The notes below the pieces were generated by a model that was not told where the DNA came from, did no database searches, and was given only the letters and a program-made list of their open reading frames with translations. Both the position numbers and the translations under genes were made by a program. Below, one piece after another: positions 26,152 to 34,821 of a stretch of 64,000 nt of DNA. The stretch is from an uncultured Pseudomonadota bacterium. GTDB taxonomy: Bacteria; Myxococcota_A; UBA796; SXON01. The stretch is from NCBI GenBank assembly GCA_903844155.1, contig CAIMSU010000332.1:3856-67855 (forward strand), given 5' to 3'. Every line of letters begins with the position of its first letter. The first letter of the stretch is position 1.

Positions 26152-27030
26152 CTAGTTCCCGCTGGTCGAGAAGTTCAGCGAATCGCCAATCCCGACCGAG
26201 ATGCTCGGCGTGTTGGTGATGACCGGCTTGCCGTTGTCCCCCAACGTCTGCTGCGTGAAGCCGACCTTGATGGCCACGGATTTGATGTTGATCGCGCCGA
26301 CCACCATCCAACTGAACTCGTCGCCAAACCCGATGGCCTTGTACTTTGCCCAGTCCACGTGCCGGCTCGGGTCGCTGGTGATGGAGGGGGCGATGCCCAC
26401 GGCGACGTGGTACTTCTTGGGTCCAACCAGCACTTTGAGCGGGAGTGAACCGGTGGCCGCGGGGGCGACGGTGGAGCCGTTGGAGAAGACGTAGCCGTTG
26501 TACGCGCCCTCCACGCCGAGCGTCGCGCCCCAGAGCTTGAATCGCGCGCCGGTGTCGTCCCCGATGTGGACGTCGTAGCTCGACGTCGTGCTGCCGCCGA
26601 AAGCGCCGGCTACGCCGCCGTAAAGGTCGCCCGTCCACTTCTTGTGGGTGTACTTGAACCCGCCGTCGACGCCCGCGGTGGCCGCGAGCGACGTGCCGCT
26701 GATGACGACGCCGCCGCCCGGAGCGACGTAGGGCTTGACCTTGAAGCCGGCGACGCGGAAGGTCTTGAAGAACTTGTCGCCGTTGGCGTCCGTGCTCGAG
26801 CTGGACTTGTTCTTGGAGTTGTTCTTGCTGGAGCTGCTGCTCTTGTTGTTCTTGCTGGAGCTGCTCGAATTGCTGGACTTGCTGCTGCTCTTGCTGGAAC
26901 CGCTGGAGCTTCCGGGCATGGAGGCGCCGTCCGGAGCGGGGGAGGTGTACATGGCCGCCGGGTCGAGCCCCGCGGGGTCGGCGGCGAGGGCGGCGGGGGT
27001 GTGGAGCGCGAGCGAGAGCGAGAGCAACAT
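26152..27030 (-). CDS. Secreted protein: Ser/Asn/Lys low-complexity linker plus beta-rich, possibly beta-barrel domain
   Basis: Signal peptide (MLLSLSLALHTPAALA). Low-complexity stretch SSSGSSKSSSKSSNSSSSSKNNKSSSSSKNNSKNKSSSS. This is followed by alternating Gly/aromatic beta-strand-like segments. Confidence 0.68.
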   Translation of the reverse strand: MLLSLSLALHTPAALAADPAGLDPAAMYTSPAPDGASMPGSSSGSSKSSSKSSNSSSSSKNNKSSSSSKNNSKNKSSSSTDANGDKFFKTFRVAGFKVKPYVAPGGGVVISGTSLAATAGVDGGFKYTHKKWTGDLYGGVAGAFGGSTTSSYDVHIGDDTGARFKLWGATLGVEGAYNGYVFSNGSTVAPAATGSLPLKVLVGPKKYHVAVGIAPSITSDPSRHVDWAKYKAIGFGDEFSWMVVGAINIKSVAIKVGFTQQTLGDNGKPVITNTPSISVGIGDSLNFSTSGN

Positions 27031-27129
27031 GGGAATCCTCGGTGACGGTGGTCTGGGGAGTGTCGGCGGAGCCGATGTAACCGCTCCACGGCCGACTTCA
27101 TTCCATCCGGCGCGCCGTGCGGCGGGTAG

Positions 27130-28590
27130 CTACCGGGGGACCGAGAGCCACACCCCGTCTGCCGATGCGGCGACGAGGCCGCGATCGATCATCGGCTCGA
27201 CGATGTCGAGGACCTGGTGCTCGGGCAACTCCATTCGTCGGGCCAGGACGGGCACAGTCAGCGCGCCAGTGCGCAGGTGTTGCATCACTTTTTGTGCGAC
27301 CGTGGTCAGGGTTTGCAGCGAAACGGGGGCGAGGATGCCCTGGACCGCGCCGGGCATCCCGGACGAGCGCCGCAGGACGGCCTCGGCGCGGTGGCGGTCG
27401 TGGCCAAGATTTTCGATGAGCAGCGTGATGTCGTCGAGCGTGAGCGGGCACGGATGGAGGTGGCGCGCGCCGCGGCGAGCGAGGGAGAGGAGCGGGCGGT
27501 CCGAGCGCACCAGCACGAGCGCAGAGGCCGGGTTCACGAGCAGCCGCAGCAGCAGATCCTCGCTGCCCGGAGCGCCGCCGTCGAGCGCGAGCACGCACGG
27601 CTCGCCGCTCGCGAGGTCCGCGGCGATGGCGTCCTGGTCGCCCGCCGGCACGATGCGCACACCTTCCCGCCGCGCGGCCTGGACGGTCTCGCGGATGAGC
27701 GCTCGCCGCCCCGATCCGGCCGGGCCGTGCAGCACGATCATCGAGCGTCCGCCTCCGATCGTCTCGACGAGCGCGCGGCGCAGCTGGTCACGCTCACGGG
27801 CCATCCCGACGATCGGCGCCCGGTTTGGCGTGCCGAGCGTGGCGCGAAGGTCCCCCGCGACGGCCCGAGCGGACGTGGGCCGGGCGCTCGGGCGGTGCGC
27901 CATGAGCTGCAGCACGAGCTCGTCCAGCGCGGCGGGCATCCGCGGGCGGACCGAGCTTGGGGGCTCGGGCAGCGTCGTCAACGGGGCCCAGACCAGCGCG
28001 TTGTTGTCGAGCGCTACGTCGCCCTTTCCGGGGCTGACGAAGGGTGGGCGACGGGTGAGGAGGGTGTGGATGATCGCGCCGAGGCCCCAGAGGTCTGTCG
28101 CGACCGTGGGGGCCGAGGAACGCAGCCGTTCGGGCGCCGCGTAGCCGGCCGTGGCGCCCGTCTCACCCGCCGGCGGGCCGTCGGTCGCGCTGCCGAGGTC
28201 GACCAGACGCGGCATGTTGTCATCGCCGACGAGCACGTTGCCTGGCTTCAGATCGCCGTGGATGACGCCCTCGGCGTGCAAGGTGCCGACGCCTTCAGCG
28301 AGCCGGGCGCTGAATTCCACGAGCGTCGAGAGCGGCTGACCGGGTGCCCACTCGGTCGAGGCTCCGCGGCTGGCGTGCTCCATCGCGAGCCAATCGCCTT
28401 CGGGGTCGGCGTCTACAAGCATGGCGATCGCGGGGTGGCGAAGCCGCCTCAGCAGCGCGACCTCGCGCCGCAGCGAGCCGGGCTGGTGGGCGACCTTCAG
28501 CGCAACGAGGCCGTCGGGGCCCTCGGCGAGCCACACGTGCGCGGTGGCGCCGCGCCCAAGTAGGCGGATCTGGCGGTACTTCTCCTTCAC
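27130..28590 (-). CDS. Ser/Thr protein kinase fused to a P-loop NTPase-like segment and a C-terminal winged-helix-like region
   Basis: Kinase motifs LGRGATAHVW, ALK, HGDLKPGNVLV, DLGSA and APE. Then MIVLHGPAGSGRRALI (P-loop). The C-terminal tail is ...LPEHQVLDIVEPMIDRGLV. The GTG at 28590 overlaps the upstream stop (GTGA); the alternative TTG is at 28599. Confidence 0.84.
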   Translation of the reverse strand: MKEKYRQIRLLGRGATAHVWLAEGPDGLVALKVAHQPGSLRREVALLRRLRHPAIAMLVDADPEGDWLAMEHASRGASTEWAPGQPLSTLVEFSARLAEGVGTLHAEGVIHGDLKPGNVLVGDDNMPRLVDLGSATDGPPAGETGATAGYAAPERLRSSAPTVATDLWGLGAIIHTLLTRRPPFVSPGKGDVALDNNALVWAPLTTLPEPPSSVRPRMPAALDELVLQLMAHRPSARPTSARAVAGDLRATLGTPNRAPIVGMARERDQLRRALVETIGGGRSMIVLHGPAGSGRRALIRETVQAARREGVRIVPAGDQDAIAADLASGEPCVLALDGGAPGSEDLLLRLLVNPASALVLVRSDRPLLSLARRGARHLHPCPLTLDDITLLIENLGHDRHRAEAVLRRSSGMPGAVQGILAPVSLQTLTTVAQKVMQHLRTGALTVPVLARRMELPEHQVLDIVEPMIDRGLVAASADGVWLSVPR

Positions 28591-28883
28591 GGATCCCAAA
28601 CCCGGGCCTGATCCTCAAGGTCGCGCTCGTCTGCCTGCAGCGCCTCGGCCTCCGTCTTCAACTCGCCCGCGCGTTTTTGAATCTTCTGCTCAATCTCAGC
28701 GCGCTTCTCGGGTGGGGCCGCGCGCCAGTCATCGATCCAGCCCTCGATCTCCTTGCAGTGCTGCGAGAGCACCGCGGCCTTGCGCCCGACCTCCGCGGTC
28801 TGCCCGGCGAGCACCGCAGAGGGCGACCCGCTCGGCGCCGGCCCGGTCGGGCGGTAGCAGGCGAGGATGAGCAGGAGGAGCAC
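28587..28883 (-). CDS. Small lipoprotein with coiled-coil-like tail
   Basis: GTG start, lipobox LILAC, charged helical C-terminus. Translationally coupled to the kinase gene. Confidence 0.5.
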   Translation of the reverse strand: MLLLLILACYRPTGPAPSGSPSAVLAGQTAEVGRKAAVLSQHCKEIEGWIDDWRAAPPEKRAEIEQKIQKRAGELKTEAEALQADERDLEDQARVWDP

Positions 28884-28906
28884 GGGCTGACTATATCGGG
28901 CCCGGC

Positions 28907-29539
28907 ATGTTTATCGACCCCGCCGCGCTCGAACCTGCAGCCCGGTATCGGCTGATGATCAGCGCGATCGTGCCGCGTCCGATCGCGTGGGTCGGCACGA
29001 ACGATGGCACCGGCGATTCCACGGGCGACAACCTGGCGCCGTTCTCGTACTTCATGGGGGTCTCCTCGGATCCGCCGCTGCTCGCTATCTCCGTGGCGCG
29101 CGCGTCGTGGCCGCGCGGTCAGGAGCGAGCAGGGTCCCCGCCGCTCAAACACACGGCTCGGAACATTCTCGCGACCGGGTTTTTCTCGGTGTCCATCCCG
29201 TCGCAGTCGGACCTTCAGGCCATGCACGCTACGTCGGCGCCGTGGGGCGGGTCGGAGTTTGAGGCGGTCGGGATTCCCCGGGCCGCGGGTGTGAGCGTCG
29301 CCGCGCCCCGTCCAGCGATGGCAGCGTTCACGTTCGAGTGCCGGTTGCACCAGGCGATCGACCTCGGCAGCACGCACCTTTTCGTTGGGCTGGTGGTCGG
29401 GATGATCGCCGGCGACGACGTGGTGGTCGACGGGCGCGTGGACCTTGCGCGCCTCGCCCCCGTCGCCCGCTTGGGGGGCGACGATTATGGTCGCGTGGAC
29501 CTGGCGTGTTCAATCCCCCGCGCGCGGGCAGGCGGGTGA
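28907..29539 (+). CDS. Flavin reductase-like (FMN-binding split-barrel) protein
   Basis: The N-terminal pattern YRLMISAIVPRPIAWVGT...NLAPFSYFMGVSSDPPLLAISV is typical of the flavin reductase domain family. Confidence 0.78.
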   Translation: MFIDPAALEPAARYRLMISAIVPRPIAWVGTNDGTGDSTGDNLAPFSYFMGVSSDPPLLAISVARASWPRGQERAGSPPLKHTARNILATGFFSVSIPSQSDLQAMHATSAPWGGSEFEAVGIPRAAGVSVAAPRPAMAAFTFECRLHQAIDLGSTHLFVGLVVGMIAGDDVVVDGRVDLARLAPVARLGGDDYGRVDLACSIPRARAGG

Positions 29540-30021
29540 GTTCGCGCCGCAGCGTGACGGCGGTCGCTGCGGCGGTGCTGTTGGCGACTGGCCTCTATTA
29601 CGCCTGGATCGCCGACGACGCGCAGGAGGGTTGGCGCTGGTGCCTGCAGGCGCCGGAGGCCCGCCAGGGGAGCGAGCTGGTGTTCCCGCTCTGGACGGTC
29701 ACCGGCGTCGACGATCCGCACCACTACAGGATCTCCGGGTTCGTCAAGGATCTGCCGGTCGACGGCGACAGCGCGGGGCTGGCCGTCGGCGACACGGTCT
29801 CGCTCGTCGCGACGTTTGACTGGAACGGCGGAAAACCCATCGCCCACCAGACGTATTTTGAGTTTCACCGCCTGCGCGCCTGGAAGGAGCGGCTGGGGGT
29901 GATCGGGTTCGTACTTGTCGCGATCTTCCTTCCGTTCTGCTTCGTCGTGCGCCGGGATGCGAACGGGCGGTGGTTGGCCGAGCGTCGCGCGTGGCCCGAG
30001 CCCGGGGGCCGCAGTGGCTGA
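29536..30021 (+). CDS. Membrane protein, unknown function
   Basis: The GTG at 29536 overlaps the upstream stop. N- and C-terminal TM segments (AVAAAVLLATGLYYAWI; VIGFVLVAIFLPFCFVV). Confidence 0.52.
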   Translation: MSSRRSVTAVAAAVLLATGLYYAWIADDAQEGWRWCLQAPEARQGSELVFPLWTVTGVDDPHHYRISGFVKDLPVDGDSAGLAVGDTVSLVATFDWNGGKPIAHQTYFEFHRLRAWKERLGVIGFVLVAIFLPFCFVVRRDANGRWLAERRAWPEPGGRSG

Positions 30022-30538
30022 CCTCATCACGCATTCGTGCACGGCGCTGCTCTGGAAGGTCGCGACGGTCGGCCCGGTGACACCGTCGTCGTCGCGGTGG
30101 CGCCTGCCCCCGACCCTCGCCACCTTCGTCCTCGGCACCTGCCTCCCCGACCTGCTCGGTCGCGTGCCGGCGATGGGATTGCTGGTGGCAAGCTGGCAAT
30201 TCCCGCAGATCCCGAGCTGGACGATCTACTTCTGGAGCGTGTTCCACATGCCGGTCGGCATCGCGCTCACCAGCGTGATCGTCGCGCAATGCTGGCGTGC
30301 GGGCGAACGAGCAGGGGCGTTTCGCCAGCTACTCGGCGGTGGAATGCTGCACGTCGCCGTGGATTTGCTGCAGACGCACCTCGGCGTCGGCTACCTGCTG
30401 CTTTTCCCGTTCTCGACCTGGGACTACGAGATGGGGCTGATCGGCAGCGAGGACACGGTGAAGATCGTGCCGGTGCTGCTGCCGTTGACGGTGGGGTTGT
30501 GTTTGTGGCGATGGGGGAGGGGAAGGGCTGCAGCTTGA
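30014..30538 (+). CDS. Polytopic membrane protein, possibly DUF457/YdjM-like metal-dependent hydrolase
   Basis: GTG at 30014, overlapping the upstream gene by 8 nt. Candidate metal-ligand motifs are ITHS, CLPDLLGR, FHMPVG and HVAVDLLQTH. The family call is tentative. Confidence 0.5.
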   Translation: MADLITHSCTALLWKVATVGPVTPSSSRWRLPPTLATFVLGTCLPDLLGRVPAMGLLVASWQFPQIPSWTIYFWSVFHMPVGIALTSVIVAQCWRAGERAGAFRQLLGGGMLHVAVDLLQTHLGVGYLLLFPFSTWDYEMGLIGSEDTVKIVPVLLPLTVGLCLWRWGRGRAAA

Positions 30539-30562
30539 CGCCGATCGGCGAATTCACGGCTC

Positions 30563-30614
30563 TCGACGACGTCACTTGTGGCGCATTCCGATGCGCCAAA
30601 AGTGACGTCGTCGA
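30563..30614. repeat. REP-like palindrome, copy 2, followed by a partial copy of the composite repeat (to about 30700)
   Basis: 24-bp inverted repeat with 1 mismatch (30563-30586 and 30591-30614) around a 4-nt loop. It shares CGACGACGTCACTT/AAGTGACGTCGTCG with 12641-12682. The downstream ggaggagaggaaga...gaaggcgcagagaaagagggagaacgg resembles parts of copies A and B. Confidence 0.8.
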
Positions 30615-30738
30615 CCGCCCCGGGGGGAGGAGAGGAAGACGCGCTCACGCGAAGGCGCAGAGAAAGAGGGAGAACGGCTCTTCTTTGCCGCTCCGGAGCT
30701 TTGCGTGGTCTCGGGTTCTCGCTCGGGGAGACGCGCGG

Positions 30739-31623
30739 ATGTATGCTGCGTCCATGTTGCTTCTGCTGTTTGCCTGTGAGCATGCCGGAACGGCCGTCAG
30801 GACGGCGGACTCCGGGGGTAACGGCGACTCGGACGCCACATCGGTCGACTCGACGGCGACGGCCGACTCGACGACCACCTTGGACTCTGCTTCGGACAGT
30901 GCCGCGGGCGGCGACACCGGCACCTGCACGCCCGCCACCTGGTCCATCGACGACTGCCCAGCGCTCGCGAGCCCCTGGGCGCTCAACTCCGCCGCGGATT
31001 TTGGGGCCGCGCGGTCGATGGGGTTGTTCTGGTTCGACCCGGAGCAGGACGCGGTCGACGACTCCGAGGCAGACGGCTGCCCGAGCTACGACGCGGCGAC
31101 CGCCACCTACTCGGGGGACTGCAGCACGGCCTCGGGCGTCAACTACGTCGGCACGATCACCCTTTCCAGCGCGGAGGACGATGGTCACTCGGCGACGCGG
31201 TACACCTTCTCGGGGTTCGCGGAGTCGGCCGCAGACGGGAGCTACCGCCTCGCGGTGGATGGGGTGTGGGACTGGTGGCGCGACGGCGACGTCGGGGAAT
31301 ACTTCCTGGACCTGAGCCTGTCTGTGGCCGGCACCGCCCCGCCTTGCCATGCCTGCCTGGCGACGTTGCCGGTCGGGAATGTGGAGATCGCTGGTCTATT
31401 GGCCTACAATGCCGACGAGTGGTGGATGGACGGCCAGGTGAACGTCGCGTCGAGCCCGGTCGGCGCGGGCGAGTTCTGCGAGGAGCAGTCGAACAACGAG
31501 ATCGACATCGCCGGCTCTCAGGCTGCGACGTGGGTCGCGGACGCGGCCGACGATTGGGGTTCCTGCGGGTGTCTCACCCTCGGGGACGACCCGACCGCCG
31601 CGGAGCCGTACTGCCTGCAGTGA
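30739..31623 (+). CDS. Lipoprotein, unknown function (Asp/Ser/Thr-rich linker, Cys-containing domain)
   Basis: ATG at 30739, lipobox LLFAC. The ORF-track start at 30037 runs through the upstream gene and the repeat, so it is unlikely. Confidence 0.6.
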   Translation: MYAASMLLLLFACEHAGTAVRTADSGGNGDSDATSVDSTATADSTTTLDSASDSAAGGDTGTCTPATWSIDDCPALASPWALNSAADFGAARSMGLFWFDPEQDAVDDSEADGCPSYDAATATYSGDCSTASGVNYVGTITLSSAEDDGHSATRYTFSGFAESAADGSYRLAVDGVWDWWRDGDVGEYFLDLSLSVAGTAPPCHACLATLPVGNVEIAGLLAYNADEWWMDGQVNVASSPVGAGEFCEEQSNNEIDIAGSQAATWVADAADDWGSCGCLTLGDDPTAAEPYCLQ

Positions 31624-31813
31624 GCCCATGGTCCCGAAACGGGGCCGTCGGTTCTGACACGTACGGGACCTGCGAAGGATCAACGCGCCGTTCCACGGCC
31701 CTCGGTCCGAACCCGCCCCGGGCCCGCAGAGGCGCCCAAAGGACGCCGAGGACCCCGCGTGCGACGTCAACCCCGCGCTCGTCGAGGGGGACGCTCCGGT
31801 TACAATTGGAGGT

Positions 31814-33166
31814 ATGCGCCACTTCGTCCTCGCCGCGACCTCCGTCCTCTCCCTCGTGGCCTGCGGTCACCCGACGAAGGACCAGCCCGACTCGGGCGAC
31901 AGCGGTCCCACCGGCGACGACGTACCCATCGCATCCGACCGTTCGATCCTGCTCTATACGGACACGACCCCGGTCGACATGAACGCCGCACAGCTCCCGG
32001 CGGATTGGACCGGGCCGCAGGAGACCCAGTGTGCGACCGACCCGACGCGCCAGTACCTCGGCGAGGTGTTCACGAGCGGCCTCAACGACATCGAAGTGAA
32101 TTGGCATTGGGCGCCGATCATCGGCGGTCCCGACCCGACGCGCCCGACGGTTGACCAGCCAGAGTGGTGGTACGCGGGGACCTTCGATGGCGGGAACGAC
32201 TCGAGCGACGACGTCCTCGCCGACCACCCCTTCGGTCTGGATTACAGTTGGGACGCGGCCGCGGACCCCGACTTTGCGTTCATGCCGTTTGCTGGCGACG
32301 AAGGCGGGACCGACCTGCACCTGGAGATCGAGCAGGGGACCTTCCCGCGTCACGAGCTTGGCTACGAGCCGGCCGTTGGCGGGCGCGTGCTGGACCGCGG
32401 GGTTTGGGTGCTTGATTGTGGACATCCACCGTACGGGGCCGAGATGCACCCGCCGACCTTCCTCTCGTTCGCGGACCCGGGCGATGGGACGACGACGAGC
32501 GCCATGGCGATCGTCGAGCCGTATCGGTCATCCCTTTTGTTCAACGCCGATAGTTCTTTGGCGGACCAGTTCACGGACGTCGTCCGCTACACCGACGCCG
32601 CGACGCTCTCCTTCCCGCACGAATTCATCGCTTCGGTCCTTGATGCGGTCGCTGGGAATGTGGACCACATCTCCACGCCCGCGCTCATGGTCGCGAACCA
32701 ATTTCCGGCCGTCGATTTCCTCGTGTGCGCGCCCCTCCCACGCCCCGCAGGCGCGACGCTGGACGCGCACTGGCGGGTGGTCGCGCGCACGGGGATCACG
32801 GCGACGGCGACCGAAGAGCCGGACGGCGGCTGCGTGCGAGTACAGGCGTCGCAAGCCACCAATTACGAGCCCTTGGCGTTGCCTTACGCACAGGCGCCGT
32901 GGTCGTGGGCCGACCTCTCTGCGAGCGCGAGCGGGCAGCTCGGCAGCACCATTGACGTGCGCCAGGCGATCATCGACGCGCTCGCTGGGCTCGGCATCGA
33001 CGCGAGTCAGGTCACGGCGTTGCAGGAAGATCATCCGCCGATGGTGGACAGTTACGCGGCGCTGGCGCCTTCGGCTGACGCGGGCGATCTGAGCGGCCAG
33101 AACGTCGAGACGGACGACACGCAGGCGTTTCCGCTCACGGCGAGGGTGAGCGCGGGGTGGAAGTAG
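31814..33166 (+). CDS. Lipoprotein, unknown function
   Basis: GGAGG sits 5 nt upstream of the ATG. Lipobox SLVAC. 450 aa with coding-like GC3. Confidence 0.7.
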   Translation: MRHFVLAATSVLSLVACGHPTKDQPDSGDSGPTGDDVPIASDRSILLYTDTTPVDMNAAQLPADWTGPQETQCATDPTRQYLGEVFTSGLNDIEVNWHWAPIIGGPDPTRPTVDQPEWWYAGTFDGGNDSSDDVLADHPFGLDYSWDAAADPDFAFMPFAGDEGGTDLHLEIEQGTFPRHELGYEPAVGGRVLDRGVWVLDCGHPPYGAEMHPPTFLSFADPGDGTTTSAMAIVEPYRSSLLFNADSSLADQFTDVVRYTDAATLSFPHEFIASVLDAVAGNVDHISTPALMVANQFPAVDFLVCAPLPRPAGATLDAHWRVVARTGITATATEEPDGGCVRVQASQATNYEPLALPYAQAPWSWADLSASASGQLGSTIDVRQAIIDALAGLGIDASQVTALQEDHPPMVDSYAALAPSADAGDLSGQNVETDDTQAFPLTARVSAGWK

Positions 33167-33167
33167 C

Positions 33168-34016
33168 TCACGGCACCCCCGGCAACCGCGGATCCGTCAG
33201 GTCCCCGTGCTCCGGGAGGATCAAGTTTCGCCCCAGGAAACGCCGCAGGATCGGGTGTTCCGAGCGCACGACCTCCGCCGTCGTCCCGTTCGCGATGAGC
33301 TTGCCCTGGTAGAGCATGGCGATGCGGTCGGCGACGTTGATGGTGCCGACGATGTCGTGCGAGATGACGACGAACGTGATGCCAAGCTGCTCTTTCATGC
33401 TGTGGATGAGGGCGTCGATGGCGTCTGACGTCATGGGGTCGAGGCCGGAGTTGGGCTCGTCGAAGAGCACGATCTCCGGCTCATTCACGATGGCGCGGGC
33501 GAGGCCGACGCGCTTGCGCTGACCGCCGGAGAGGGCGCTGGTGGCGCGATCGTAGAGGCCGGGGAGCTCGACCATCTCGAGCACGTGGTCGACGCGCTCA
33601 CGCTTCTCGCGCGCGGAGAGGTCGGGGCGGTGTTGTTGCAGGGGGAAGGCGATGTTCTCGCCGACGCAGAGGGAGTCGAAGAGCGCGCCGTCCTGAAAGA
33701 GCATGCCGAGCCGCTTTCGCACGCGGTAGACCTCCGTGTGCTTCGCGCGGGACATGTCGATGCCAAGCACATGCACGCTGCCCGAGTCGGGGTGCAGCAG
33801 GCCGACGATGTGCTTGAGCAGCACGCTCTTGCCGGTGCCGGAGGGGCCGATGACGGCGGTCGTCTGGCCGCGGGCGAAGGTGAGGGACACGTCGTCGAGG
33901 ACGGTGAGGGCGCCGAACGCCTTGCACACGTGGTCGAACACGATCGGGGGCTTGTCGTCGTCGCGGGAGCCGGCGGGCAGCGACCCCGGCAGCATCGATC
34001 GCAGCTTGCTAGCCAT
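33168..34016 (-). CDS. mlaF: Mla/Mce-type ABC transporter ATP-binding protein
   Basis: Walker A GPSGTGKS, ABC signature LSGGQRKRVGLARA, Walker B IVLFDEP. Overlaps the permease gene by 8 nt. Confidence 0.86.
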   Translation of the reverse strand: MASKLRSMLPGSLPAGSRDDDKPPIVFDHVCKAFGALTVLDDVSLTFARGQTTAVIGPSGTGKSVLLKHIVGLLHPDSGSVHVLGIDMSRAKHTEVYRVRKRLGMLFQDGALFDSLCVGENIAFPLQQHRPDLSAREKRERVDHVLEMVELPGLYDRATSALSGGQRKRVGLARAIVNEPEIVLFDEPNSGLDPMTSDAIDALIHSMKEQLGITFVVISHDIVGTINVADRIAMLYQGKLIANGTTAEVVRSEHPILRRFLGRNLILPEHGDLTDPRLPGVP

Positions 34017-34740
34017 AGAGCACCTGCGAGACGAGGTAATTCAGCGAGACGCAGACGACGCTGGAGATGACCACCGCCGCGTTCGTTGCCTGGCCGACGC
34101 CCTCCGGGCCCTTCTTGCTCGCAAAACCACAGTAGGTGCTGACGAAACAGATGACGATGCCGAACAAGAACCCCTTGATCACGCCGGTCATCAGGTCAAA
34201 ACCGCTGGTGGCGTTTCGCGCGAATTCGAGGAAGACGGCGCCGTTCAGGCCGAGCTGGATCGTCGCGGTGAAGTAGCTGGCGGTGACGGTGGTGAAGATG
34301 GAGATGACCGTCAGCGCGGGCATGACGAGCATGATCCCGTACAGTCGCGGCGTGACGAGCCACCACAGCGGGTTGACGGCCATGACTTCGAGCGCGTCGA
34401 TCTGCTCGCGCGTCTTCATGACCGCGATCTGGCTGGCCATCTCGGTGCCGGCCTTGGAAGCCACCATCGCCGCAGCGATGATCGGCGCCAATTCCCGGAT
34501 CCCGGCGAGGGCGACGAACATGCCGACGAGCCGCTGCCCGCCGAGGGGGACGAAGGCGTTGTAGCCCTGCAAGCACAGGTTCGTGCCGACGAAGATGCTG
34601 ATGGTGAGCAGCACCGGCAGGCTCCGCACCCCGATGCGGTAGGCCTCCTCCATGCAGCGACCGGGCGGCGGTGCCTTGAGCGCGCACGCCGCGAACCAGT
34701 CGACCACGAACCCCGCGAAGCCGCCGAGCCAGCGGATCAT
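34009..34740 (-). CDS. mlaE: Mla/Mce-type ABC transporter permease (MlaE/YrbE family)
   Basis: Polytopic protein with characteristic segments ...RELAPIIAAAMVASKAGTEMASQIAVMKTREQIDALEVMAVNP.... Confidence 0.84.
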   Translation of the reverse strand: MIRWLGGFAGFVVDWFAACALKAPPPGRCMEEAYRIGVRSLPVLLTISIFVGTNLCLQGYNAFVPLGGQRLVGMFVALAGIRELAPIIAAAMVASKAGTEMASQIAVMKTREQIDALEVMAVNPLWWLVTPRLYGIMLVMPALTVISIFTTVTASYFTATIQLGLNGAVFLEFARNATSGFDLMTGVIKGFLFGIVICFVSTYCGFASKKGPEGVGQATNAAVVISSVVCVSLNYLVSQVLYG

Positions 34741-34821
34741 CGGGCTCGTCGGGGAAGGCGCACGCTGCAGGGTAATCCGGTCGTGCTCGGGGAAGGCGAC
34801 CTCGCGGGGTTAGCGGCGGCA

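Noticed and set aside
33736-34821. N-terminal extension of the murJ ORF
   Set aside because: It is antisense to mlaF and mlaE. The MurJ homology pattern starts only after the in-frame GTG at 34822.
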